A stretch of DNA of 64,000 bases from positions 124,001 to 188,000 of the forward strand of contig NIVC01000245.1 in the NCBI GenBank assembly GCA_002269645.1. The letters are read 5' to 3'. Shown here piece after piece: positions 35,930 through 46,808 of the stretch (the stretch's first letter is position 1; each line of letters starts with the position of its first letter). The translations under genes and the position numbers were made by a program. Origin of the DNA: Macrostomum lignano (lineage: Eukaryota). The notes beneath the pieces were generated by a model. That model was not told where the DNA came from, made no database searches, and saw nothing but the letters and a program-made list of their open reading frames with translations.

Positions 35930-37230
35930 TTTCGCGAAATTATTTTTCATTTGAATTTAGCTAAACTAATAATTTTAATTTTATTTGCAATTCTTGGGAG
36001 TGCAAAAAACTGTTGTAACATGTAAAACTTTTGTTGGCTGGTTTATAACAATAAACGTAACTGTAAACCGGAAAATGAGTTATTAGTTTATATCTATAGT
36101 TACGAATCAATCGTTACTAGTAATAATGACGGATCCAGTACACACATTGTTGGCAAATGCTGCTTCCGGATCTCCACCCGCACGCCGCCACATGAACTCC
36201 TGAATACGGCCCGAAGAGCTTACCCGAAGTCCCCTTAAGCCACCGGAACTTGGCCTTGCAATGAGCCCATGTGCCCTCTTTGGTGTTCATATGCAGGGTC
36301 GTGTCATTTTGGGTCCACAAAATGTAGGCGATGGTTGACAAACTGATGGTTGGCAAGCTGGTTGTAAGCTTGCCAGCCGTCCGTGAGGATTCTAGTACCT
36401 GGCAGGACAGGCTGCTGGATGATGGGCCGCATATAGTGTTGGCAGTCCTCAGGCACCTTGACTATCACGCGCACTTGTTGGTCCCTCTCCACCATTCCAA
36501 GGACCAAGGACCCTCCCGGCCTCCAGGCACCCTGATGGTATAAATTAATTCCTATGGAAGAATTTGCTCTCGTAGATTTCAACGGTTAATTGAACCAGGT
36601 CCGCGCCCAGTTGCAAGGTTGGTCGAGGAAAACCTGTCTGCAGATATCTCACACAAAGTTAAGCCAATTGACAGCAGTGTGGTCGGCCACCTTGCACTCG
36701 TGTATCACCATTGTCTTGCTTTCATCTCTGGCTCAGTAGTACATGTAGATCAGGGTAATGAGCTGCTGGAGTTCCAGATGGCTATACTACGTTAAAAGAA
36801 ACTCGATCCCCTGCACCAACAAGGCCAGCCACATACTCGTTGATTGTCAATTAGGCCATACTTCGCCAACCACTGCAAGTGGCTTCCGTCGTTGTTGTCA
36901 CCATAAAAAGTTCGCGAGCGTCGAGCCGCAGTTGAAGAATGGCATCATATGCGGTAGTACTTCGTTCGGTGGCACTATTCAAGTTGGCCTAGGTAGACGT
37001 CCAGCCATTTTTGGTCGCAGTGGTAAAATATTCTTATAAGAATACCTTGTGCTTTAGAAAAAATACATTTGGTAAAAAATGCTTTTTGCTATCCCCCCTA
37101 TACTTAGCAATTATCAGACACCATCCTTTTGGGCCATAGATAACTCACAGGGAGACTTTGCCACGTCAACATTATCGATTCAAATCCTCGGCAGTGGCGC
37201 GAATTCAAATTCAAATGAAAAATAATTCAT
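35930..37230 (-). mobile_element. Decayed Merlin DNA transposon
   Basis: Minus-strand blocks SHLELQQLITLIY, HECKVADHTAVNWLNFV, TVEI.ESKFF, YHQGAWRPG...VLGMVERD, LPGTRILTDGWQAY, VNHRLHFVDP and EFMWRR.GGDPEAAFAN. Short terminal inverted motif aattatttttcatttgaatt (35939) / aattcaaatgaaaaataatt (~37207). Confidence 0.82.
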
Positions 37231-37241
37231 GCGTGCGCATA

Positions 37242-37501
37242 TGGAGATCCGGAAGCAGCATTTGCCAACATCCTGTACGCTCGTACTGGATCCGTCATTA
37301 TTACTAGTAACGATTGATCCGTAACTATTACATATAAACTACGAACTCCTTTTCTGGTTTACAGTTTTACAGTTACATTTATTGTTATAAACAAACCAAA
37401 AAACGTTGTAAATGTTACAACAGTTCCTTGCTCTCCCAGGAGTAAGAAAATAAAAATAAAATTATTAGTTTAGCTAAATTCAAATGAAAAATAATTTTGC
37501 C
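37242..37501 (+). mobile_element. Second Merlin 3' end in opposite orientation
   Basis: GDPEAAFANILY...WIRHYY-like coding end plus 3' terminus. It is an inverted homolog of 35935-36176 and ends ...ataattttgcc (terminal GG on the other strand, as Merlin TIRs do). Confidence 0.7.
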
Positions 37502-37920
37502 AACGAAACTGCACTAGTGCCACCTGTGGCTCCTTTAGGTTGATGTCGAGATGTTAATGAGATTGGTGTTTGGCCTCGTATCAGCTTCATGGACGATTTT
37601 GGTTGGTGCTCTGGGCCTTCCAGCCATTGCAATAAGAGTTGGCAAATCGGCCGAAAAGTTTGAAAAAACTGAAAAATCGCAGTAAACTAGGAGATTGCCG
37701 TTCTCTGAAAAATGTGAAACTATAGGTTCTTATACGGAATAATATAATAGGTCTAAGTTCACGTATAACCTATAAGATAACTTATAAGAGAGACTACTTA
37801 AATCACAGATTATTCTGACTTAAATTGAGAGAGACAGCTAGTAGAATGCTCCGTTGGACTCTATACGATTAAAATTGGCGAAACTGATAAATTGAAGTCG
37901 GGTTGCCGAATTTCCACTTG

Positions 37921-38625
37921 AGCAACAGTAAGATATTTTGGTGTCAGAGTCAGATGTCAGAGTCAGAGTCAGAGTCAGAGTCACATGTCAGAGTCAGAGT
38001 CAGATGTCAGAGTCAGAGTCAGATGTCAGAGTCAGAGTCAGATGTCAGAGTCAGAGTCAGATGTCAGAGTCAGAGTCAGATGTCAGAGTCAGAGTCAGAT
38101 GTCAGAGTCAGAGTCAGATGTCAGAGTCAGAGTCAGATGTCAGAGTCAGAGTCAGATGTCAGAGTCAGAGTCAGATGTCAGAGTCAGATGTCAGAGTCAG
38201 AGTCAGAGTCAGATGTCAGAGTCAGAGTCAGATGTCAGAGTCAGAGTCAGATGTCAGAGTCAGAGTCAGATGTCAGAGTCAGAGTCAGATGTCAGAGTCA
38301 GAGTCAGATGTCAGAGTCAGAGTCAGATGTCAGAGTCAGATGTCAGAGTCAGAATCAGATGTCAGAGTCAGAGTCAGATGTCAGATGTCAGAGTCAGAGT
38401 CAGATGTCAGAGTCAGAGTCAGATGTCAGAGTCAGAGTCAGATGTCAGAGTCAGAGTCAGATGTCAGAGTCAGAGTCAGATGTCAGAGTCAGATGTCAGA
38501 GTCAGAGTCAGATGTCAGAGTCAGATGTCAGAGTCAGAGTCAGATGTCAGAGTCAGATCGATGTCAGAGTCAGAGTCAGATGTCAGAGTCAGATCGATGT
38601 CAGAGTCAGAGTCAGATGTCAGAGT
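37921..38625. repeat. Compound microsatellite (agtcag)n/(atgtcag)
   Basis: Read directly. It explains the SESESDVRVR pseudo-ORFs. Confidence 0.98.
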
Positions 38626-39809
38626 GGGGCAGAAGTGCATGGCAGGGCATCATATATACATAACTCTTGTCGGATACTCTAAAAGCCGGAAACTTCAAAG
38701 GCACAGTGCTATACTGTACATGTGCTGCGTATACATGATCAGTGATATTACATGTAGTCAGTGGCTTTGATCTGTATGCACCCTGTGCGCTGTGTGACAA
38801 CGAGACAGGACCAAAACTTCTCAATCTCCTTTGGTCTAGCTAAGACACACCTCTGACTACTAGCTACGGATGTAGTTTAGATCCACATGCAGCTACATGC
38901 CTCTAATAATCTGGCAAACAGAAGCATATATCCAGCCCATTAGCACCCAAAATTGCCCTTCCTATTCGCCTATGGCGTTCAACACGCGCAGTAAAGAGAA
39001 AGAATCATAAAAGAAAATTTCCGTCAACAACTGCAGCTTTTGTTGAAACATGTGGGATTAACTTCTTATCGAATTACGTAAAAAAATTTCTCGATAAAGA
39101 CTTACGATTCTAAAAGCATGAGTGAAAGCAGGAAATTGGAGAAAGCAATGTTGCTTCTGATCTACACTCTCCCAAAAAGAGACATTACGATGTCTGCTGA
39201 CGCTTCCCAATAAACCCGCGTCGATGCTATGGCTAAATAGCTAAAAATGACTATTTTTATGTCGTTATCTACATGCCGGCCAAACGTCAGTGTGATGCAA
39301 AAGTACACATTTTCCAGTTACGCACATCAACGTCGGAAAAATATGAAGAAAGAAAAAGAGAAAATATCTTTCTTTAAAAAGATGTTCATGCTTGGGAAAT
39401 GCTAAAAAAACAAAATCTTGCAACCAATTAGCAGTTAAAGGCAGAAAATTGTTCGAATAAAGTTAAGCCAATTTTTTTCGCTTTTGATCACACCAACTAA
39501 ATTGTGCAGGCTTTAGGCTTGATTATTGTCCAAACAAAAATTAGGAAAAAAATTGTCGAAATTGCGCTACCGAAACCCGAGCTCGAAGACGTCCCGCAGG
39601 ACGGCCAATGATTTTTGGAATGCAATTAATTGCCCGTTTGGAAAAATTTGCTGCTTCAAACGCTAGACTAAATCCGCCAAACCCCTTGGGGACTCGAAAC
39701 CCCGGCCACCCACCGGACTCAGCATTCGAAGCGTCAATAAAAGACAGTCAGGAAATTCGCCCGAAACAAAAAAAACATCAGCGCTAGCTTTCATTTAAAT
39801 GTAGCTTCT

Positions 39810-39816
39810 TATAAAA
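39810..39816 (+). promoter_or_regulatory. Candidate TATA box of the neuropeptide gene
   Basis: TATAAAA 84 nt upstream of the ATG, followed by a possible 46-nt 5'UTR intron (GTAAGT 39843 to GCAG 39888). Confidence 0.4.
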
Positions 39817-39899
39817 TCGGCACTGATTTACACCTCCAGAAGGTAAGTTTACCAGATCGTCCATATCAATAGTATCGTCCCACCGCAGAAACTATAAGC

Positions 39900-40400
39900 A
39901 TGTCCGTCAAGCTCATTCCGACTCTCCTGTTTCTGGCATTTTTGTCGGATTATTTCTGCAACGCCTGTTTCATGGAAAACTGCGCGCCCGGTGGGAAGAA
40001 GCGATCCAATGAACAGTTGGAGCAGCATAAACAGTTTGAGCGGCACAGCGTCAGCGGTCCCTGTCTGAGCTGCTCTCACGGCTGGGGCCGCTGCTTTGGC
40101 CGCGCCATCTGCTGTCACCCGCGCGGCGGATGTCGCGTCGGGTTCGGCCCGGACACCGCCGCCTGCCGCCGTCTGCCAGCGAGCGTCCTCGGCTGCGACC
40201 GCGTCGCCACCGCCTGCCATGGTGGCAAGGGGCACTGCGCTGCCACTGGCATCTGCTGCACTGCTGGTAAACAAAGGTGTAATAGATGCAATTTCTCCGC
40301 AATTTCAATGACCTACACAGTAATTGTTTATTTCTTAATTTTAGATTCCTGCAAAACAACCAATGAGTGCAATGATGTCAAGTTTGAAATCAACTACTAA
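39900..40400 (+). CDS. OT/VP: Oxytocin/vasopressin-type neuropeptide-neurophysin precursor, 140 aa (exons 39900-40266, 40345-40400)
   Basis: 22-aa signal peptide, then CFMENCAPG (39966-39992), G-KKR amidation/cleavage site and a neurophysin with all 14 Cys (PCLSC...RCFG..ICC...GC...C...C...C...CAATGICCTA|DSC...EC). A 78-nt GT-AG phase-1 intron lies at CCxx-D/E-SC. AATAAA at 40422. Confidence 0.95.
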   Translation: MSVKLIPTLLFLAFLSDYFCNACFMENCAPGGKKRSNEQLEQHKQFERHSVSGPCLSCSHGWGRCFGRAICCHPRGGCRVGFGPDTAACRRLPASVLGCDRVATACHGGKGHCAATGICCTAGKQRCNRCNFSAISMTYTVIVYFLILDSCKTTNECNDVKFEINY

Positions 40401-40782
40401 TGCGAGATTTATACATTCCTAAATAAACAAATCTGCGCCAACTTTTATCCAAGGACTACTTGGGTACAAGGAGTTTATTAGACTAACTCCCTAATGAACG
40501 CAGGAAAACACGAAAAATAAAATGAAAAGTACTTTTTGACTTTTTTACTTCTGGCAAGTAGAAGAAGTTTTTATTCTGGGATTGTTTTAATTGCAAATCC
40601 TGCGCGATCCCGCGGGTCCACAGAACTGGACAATTTGGGAGGGAGCAGGTGCGACAACCAGGAAGAAAGCAGAGATGAGGAAAGTGGACAATGAAACTGC
40701 GAGCTAAAAAATGGATGCCGGGGAGGTTCATCCTTCCGGAGAGATTATTCGTGACTATGATTTAGAAACATGACGCTAGACT

Positions 40783-40838
40783 TTAGGTTTAGGTTTTAGG
40801 TTAGGGTTTTGGTTAGATTTAGGGTTAGGGTTAGGTTT
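40783..40838 (+). repeat. Degenerate interstitial telomere-like (TTAGGG/TTAGG) tract
   Basis: ttaggtttaggttttaggttagggttttggttagatttagggttagggttagg. Confidence 0.7.
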
Positions 40839-41061
40839 GATGGTTGAATGGTCGCTAATCAATCGTCGTAAGGCCCCAATAATGGAATTCGCAGTAAAGC
40901 TCATGGGGAGTTACTGAGATGCTAAGGCCATAGGCCATAGAGGGGTTGCTGAGAGGCCAAGGGAGTTTTTGGTAGGCCAATAATCAAAGTGACATCCCTT
41001 ACCGCCTAGACTGCGTTATTGAGTTTCATGCTTGCCGTGTCTTTAGTGCCCAATGAGTCAA

Positions 41062-41256
41062 GGACCACTAGAAGCTACCGTTGTATCAGGACGCAACGCG
41101 CGTAAATATTGCAAATTTATTTGAAGGCCGCTTGATGCAATATATTTTTTGCAGACAAAAAGAATAAAACTGAGTCATTTAAACTATTTTTGTTAATAAA
41201 ATTTCGCAATATTCAAGAGTGTTGCGTCCTGATACAACGGTAGCTTCTAGTGGTCC
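41062..41256. mobile_element. 195-bp MITE with 36-bp perfect TIRs
   Basis: ggaccactagaagctaccgttgtatcaggacgcaac ... gttgcgtcctgatacaacggtagcttctagtggtcc. No clear TSD. Confidence 0.8.
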
Positions 41257-41501
41257 CAGCTCTGGTCAAGATCAGAAGCCGAGCCTCAAACCGGATTTGC
41301 CGCAACCCGAGCACTGCTATTGAAGCTGTGCGGTAGGACTAATGGTTCAGTGTGGCAAGAGTTCGAAGATCTTCAGCTAGTGAAGTACCATCACAGCTGG
41401 AAGGAGGGATGGGGGCTTTGATGCCAAAGTTCACAGGGGATGCTGATGATATCTTCAAGTTGCGCATATCGGACCGAATGATTTTTTGCTTGAATGATAT
41501 T

Positions 41502-41805
41502 AATAATTGATTACACCTGTCCCAATTGGGCCAGATGTGCAACCGACAGCTCAGCCGCAGCTATTGCGCGGCGCATCTGAAGGCTGCGTACGGCTGTCCA
41601 GTCCAAGGACTGAGGGGTCGCCACACACCCTCAATTACCCCAGCTAATGCTGGCACCCATTTTACAGCTGGGTGAACTGAAGCAATGCAAAGTTAAGTGT
41701 CTTGCTCAAGGACACAATTTGTTCCAATGGGATCGGAGAATCGAACCCCCGACCTTCAAGTCGTGAGTCCGACGCTCTCGACCATTGGGCAAGCCCCCTG
41801 GCCCC
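41502..41805 (-). mobile_element. tRNA-headed SINE, copy 1
   Basis: The minus-strand head has A-box-like and B-box (GGTTCGATTC) motifs. The body is shared with 62555-62840 (gccagatgtgcaaccgacagctcagc; ccccagctaatgctggcacccattt). Confidence 0.85.
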
Positions 41806-42254
41806 TTGGGATTCAAACATTTAAACAAATAAGTGACTTTTACAACGTCAAAAGCTACATGTAGTTTATTCAATAGTTTTTATTCCTTCTTTGTTGTCTA
41901 CCCAAAAAGGGGCCGAAGATTGCTATAGTTTTTTATAATTTTATAATTTATTAGTACGAAAACTAATCACTATTGCTGTGATAGTTATGTTGGGACCCGA
42001 CATTCGAGAAAAAAAATTAGTCAAAGAAAAGGGTAGAAAATTATTTGGGATTAAAAAAACACATGCACTGTAGCAGCGTCTCTATGGATGAGGAAGACTG
42101 CCGTCCTTGAGAAGGAAGCTGCAAGCTGCATCGACTTCAAAGCGGCAGAAAATTTGTCGAATTTATTTTCTTTAGTCCTCGTGCTCCACCTGTTTAAACA
42201 AAATACAACATATCACATGCCTATGCATAACACTTCTGTGCTTGGCACGTATCA

Positions 42255-44005
42255 GCCCCCACTCCAGCCAGCACCCCTCAACCCCCACTCCAGCCAGCAC
42301 CCCTCAACCCCCACTCCAGCACCCCTCAAGCCCCACTCCAGCACCCCTCAACCCCCACTCCAGCCAGCACCCCTAAAGCCCCACTCCAACACCCCTCAGC
42401 CCCCACTCCAGCCAGCACCCCTCAGCCCTCACTCCAGCACCCCTCAAGCCCCACTCCAGCACCCCTCAACCCCCACTCCAGCACCCCTCAGCCCTCACTC
42501 CAGCACCCTCAGCCCCCACTCCAGCACCCCTCAGCCCCCACTCCAGCACCCCTCAGCCCCACTCCAGTACCCCTCAGCCATCACTCCAGCCAGCACCCCT
42601 CAGCCCCACTCCAGCACCCATCAGCCCTCACTCCAGCACCCCTCAAGCCCCACTCCAGCACCCCTCAGCCCCACTCCAGCACCCCTCAGCCCCACTCCAG
42701 CACCCATCAGCCCTCACTCCAGCACCCCTCAAGCCCCACTCCAGCACCCCTCAGCCCCACTCCAGCACCCCTCAGCCCCACTCCAGCACCCCTCAGCACC
42801 ACTCCAGCCAGCACCCTCAGCCCCCACTCCAGCACCCCTCAGCCCTCAGTCCAGCACCCCTCAGCCCTCACTCCAGCACCCTCAGCCCCCACTCCAGCAC
42901 CCCTCAGCTCCCACTCCAGCACCCCTTAGCCCCACTCCAGTACCCCTCAGCCATCACTCCAGCCAGCACCCCTCAGCCCCACTCCAGCACCCCTCAGCCC
43001 TCACTCCAGTACCCCTCAGCTCTCACTCCAGCACCCCTCAAGCCCCACTCCAGCACCCCTCAGCCCCCACTCCAGCACCCCTCAGCCCCACTCCAGCACC
43101 CCTTAGCCCCACTCCAGCACCCCTCAGCCCTCACTCCAGCACCCTCAGCCCCACTCCAGCACCCCTCAGCTCTCACTCCAGCACCCCTCAGCCCTCACTC
43201 CAGCACCCTCAGCCCCCACTCCAGCACCCCTCAGCTTCCACTCCAGCACCCCTTAGCCCCACTCCAGTACCCCTCAGCCATCACTCCAGCCAGCACCCCT
43301 CAGCCCCACTCCAGTACCCCTCAGCCATCACTCCAGCACCCCTCAGCCCTCACTCCAGCACCCCTCAGCCCCCACTCCTGCACCCCTCAGCCCCCACTCC
43401 AGCACCCCTCAGCCCCACTCCAGCACCCCTCAGCCCCACTCCAGCACCCCTCAGCACCACTCCAGCCAGCACCCCTCAGCACCACTCCAGCCAGCACCCT
43501 CAGCCCCCACTCCAGCACCCCTCAGCCCCCACTCCAGCACCCCTCAGCCCCACTCCAGCACCCCTTAGCCCCACTCCAGCACCCCTCAGCCCTCACTCCA
43601 GCACCCTCAGCCCCCACTCCAGCACCCCTCAGCTCTCACTCCAGCACCCCTCAGCCCTCACTCCAGCACCCTCAGCCCCCACTCCAGCACCCCTCAGCTT
43701 CCACTCCAGCACCCCTTAGCCCCACTCCAGTACCCCTCAGCCATCACTCCAGCCAGCACCCCTCAGCCCCACTCCAGTACCCCTCAGCCATCACTCCAGC
43801 ACCCCTCAGCCCTCACTCCAGCACCCCTCAGCCCCCACTCCTGCACCCCTCAGCCCCCACTCCAGCACCCTCAACCCCCACCCCAGCACCCCTCAGCCCT
43901 CACTCCAGCACCCCTCAGCCCCCACTCCAGCACCCCTCAGCCCCCACTTCAGCACCCCTCAACCCCCACCCCAGCACCCCTCAGCCCTCACTTCAGCACC
44001 CCTCA
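42255..44005. repeat. 21-22-bp C-rich minisatellite (cccctcagcccccactccagca)
   Basis: Read directly. It explains the 543-aa Pro/Ser pseudo-ORF. Confidence 0.97.
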
Positions 44006-44253
44006 GCAACCCAACTCAAACAAGCACTTTTGCATCGCATTGGTCGCCTATAGTTCTGAACGTACTCATTACAAAGACAAATATGCATGTACCAGGAGCT
44101 TTCAAGTAGAGATAAAAATGGCTGACGTGTTCAATGCAGAACTCAAACGAGGGAAAGATAACTCGATCGTGTGTTACGAATTCAATTAAGCTTTTTTAGT
44201 TTACAAAGCTTTAACACACCTGATACTCTGCCGTCAACCCCCCCCCCTAACAG

Positions 44254-46808
44254 TCACGATGAGGCACTCAGGAAGCTGTGCCGCAGCAGCTCCGCGGTGT
44301 CCGCTCGCTTCCTCGGCTCATAGTCTACGCACCTGAGGTAGAAGTCCTTCAGGCCGGCTGAGAACCCGTCCGCAATCCGAGGCATCGCCCGCCCTCCGCA
44401 CCTCAGCACGGCGATCCTGAACTGCTGAACGTTCGCGTCAGGAGGCTGCATGGCCGTCAGCTCATACACGGTGCAGCCGAAGGCCCACACGTCGGTCTTG
44501 GCTGAGTACGGAATCGAGTCACAATCGCCCATGAACAGCTCGGGCGCCATGAAGTAGGAGGTGCCTTTGGGATCGACGCCTGTGCTCAGTCCGCTGGTGC
44601 CGACGATCTCCTTGGCGAGACCGAAGTCGATCAGCTTGATGACGCCCTCGTTGGTGAGCATTACGTTTGAGCACTTGACGTCTCGATGGAGAATGGCTCG
44701 TTTAGGTTGGTAATGAAGAAAGTTTAAGCCTGAGCAGATCTGCGTTTCAGATTAAGGCAGTTTTTAGCAGTTATGGAAAAATTGATTGACAGCGAATAAA
44801 ATCAGCAGAATAAAACTATGGGACATTCGCCTAGAGATGCACCTGTCTGGAGAAGTCCCTGACCCCGGACTCCTCGAACGGCTTGTTCTGACGCTGCATC
44901 AGCTCAAAGAGGCTGTGTCCGGAGACCAGCTCGGTGAAGATGTACAGCCCATCCGACTTCTGCTCGCACTTGAGGAACTGCAGAATGTTGGGATGCGAGA
45001 GTCGCTTGAGGATCTCAACTCCCCGCTTCTCCATCTCGACGGCTTTCTGCAGCTTCCCCGCTTCTCCAGGTTTTCCTAGAGGCAGCACCTTGACAGCCAC
45101 GATCTGGTTCCGGTCTGTGAGGGCCTTGTACACCTTGCCGAATCCGCCTCTGCCAATCAGTAGCTTTTTGCTGCTGTCTTGCAAGATGAAGTCCCAATTG
45201 ATAAATCCCGGATCAAGGGACTTCTTGGGGCTGAAACGGTTGTAGGGACGGACGGTGTATAAATGAATCTTTCTGTCCCATTGATTCGAATCATCATTGA
45301 CAGGGCTATGCAGCTACGAGTATTTAGAGCTCACAACATTACTCAAATCGGGTGGTAGTCTCTCACCTTCAATTATAAAATACCTACCGTGACTGTTGCG
45401 AGACCATCGCGCTTCTATGTCACATACCGACGCTCCTAAGTCTATCGTGAGTCGTGAAAAATGAAAGAGTTTCATTCTCCAAATATTTCAAATACTCCAA
45501 ATACTATAAATTCCTTAATTAGTTGAAATCACTATCCAAGAGTTCAAGCTAGCGCTGAAGGTGCCCAAATGCTGCAACTATTGTAAAGGCTGCTCCAGTA
45601 TTTGGGGATGCAATAGCTCTCATCCAGGACTCACTTAGCTACATTAAATACGACATCTTGCACTGAGTTGCCAGCGAGCGACTGAGAGGCTTCGAGCCGC
45701 TGCTGCGCGTCAGAAATCCAGGACAGCTTTGCTGACCGGTCAGCGCTCAACCTCGAATGATATTTTACGAAATCGGCCACCGTCTCGCCGTCATTTTATT
45801 TTTCAAGCCGAACATTTCCGCTCCAATTTGGTGAAAAATAAACTCCAGGGAGCCAACTGATTGATGCTGAGCGGCCAAATGGACGGCCGTGTCGCCGTCT
45901 TCGTCAGGAACTGTGAGACAGTCGGTGCCGACCTCCTTCACCAGCCACTTAAGATTTGAATCGTTAGAATTCTCGGCGGCATAGTGAAATGCAGTTCTAT
46001 CACACCTTCCACTGAGCCGAAAGCAGTCAGTTCCGATCTCTTTCTTGATTAATTCCAGCGACTCGACGCCCTGATACTTTGCAACCAAATGGACGGCCGT
46101 GTTACCCCATTTGTCAGGAACTGTGAGACAGTCGCTGCCGATCTCCTTCACCAGCCACTTCAAATTTAAATCGTCAGATGTTTCGGAAGCAACGTGAAAA
46201 GCTGTTTTATCACACCTTCCTCTGAACCGGAAGCAGTCAGTTCCGATGTGTCTCTTGATCCACTCCAGCGACTCGATGCCCTGATGTTGAGCGGCCAAAT
46301 GGACAGCAGTGTCACCGGAATAGTCAGGAACTGTGAGACAGTCGCCGCCGAACTCCTTCACCAGCCAGTTGAGACACGAATAGCATTTTCTGTTCATAGC
46401 AGCAAAGTGAGCGACTGTCTGTCCGCTTTGATCCGCAATCCTCAAGCAGTTTCTGCCTCCCTTCTCTTTAACCAGCTGCAACCAAGATTCGTCTTGATGC
46501 ATGACTGCCAGGTGCACTGGAGTTTCACACCTCCAATCATTTTTACACATCAGACAGTCGGGTCCGAATCTGTCAATCAGCAGCTCCAGGCACGACAACC
46601 TCACCGGCTTGCAGGCAACGTGATGAGCCAGTGACTGGTGCAGCACTTCGGAGCCATTCAGACGTTTATCATACCCGCCAACAGTCAGGCAGATGTTGCC
46701 GTCAACCCTATCGCAGAGTCGCAGCAGCTCCTTGCTCTCTCCAGCCTCCAGCGTCACTCTCAGCTTCCGCTTCATTTCTCGTTGCCTCAGGATTATTTTC
46801 TCATGCAT
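44254..46808 (-). CDS. Ankyrin-repeat + Ser/Thr kinase (STE11/MAP3K-like) protein, ~707 aa; exons 46808-45635 (one-base frameshift near 45795), 45305-44843, 44739-44254
   Basis: About 8 ankyrin-like repeats (ETPVHLAV, QTVAHFAA, GDTAVHLAA, KTAFHVAS...). Kinase motifs GRGGFGKV, VAVK, HRDVKCSN, DFG, GTSYFMAPE and DVWAFGC. Introns are GT-AG (329 and 103 nt) and phases fit once one A is restored. Confidence 0.8.

Noticed and set aside
39900-40400. 166-aa unspliced neurophysin ORF as the main product
   Set aside because: Removing the GT-AG 78-mer restores the canonical CCxxDSC spacing and the 14-Cys pattern; read-through is kept only as a possible isoform.
41730-41805. tRNA gene (also at 62770-62840)
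   Set aside because: A and B boxes are present, but no full cloverleaf; the head is fused to a shared ~230-bp body, so it is a SINE.
42088-43719. 543-aa Pro/Ser/His-rich 'extensin-like' ORF
   Set aside because: Translation of a 21-22-bp minisatellite; unit lengths are not multiples of 3 and there is no domain.
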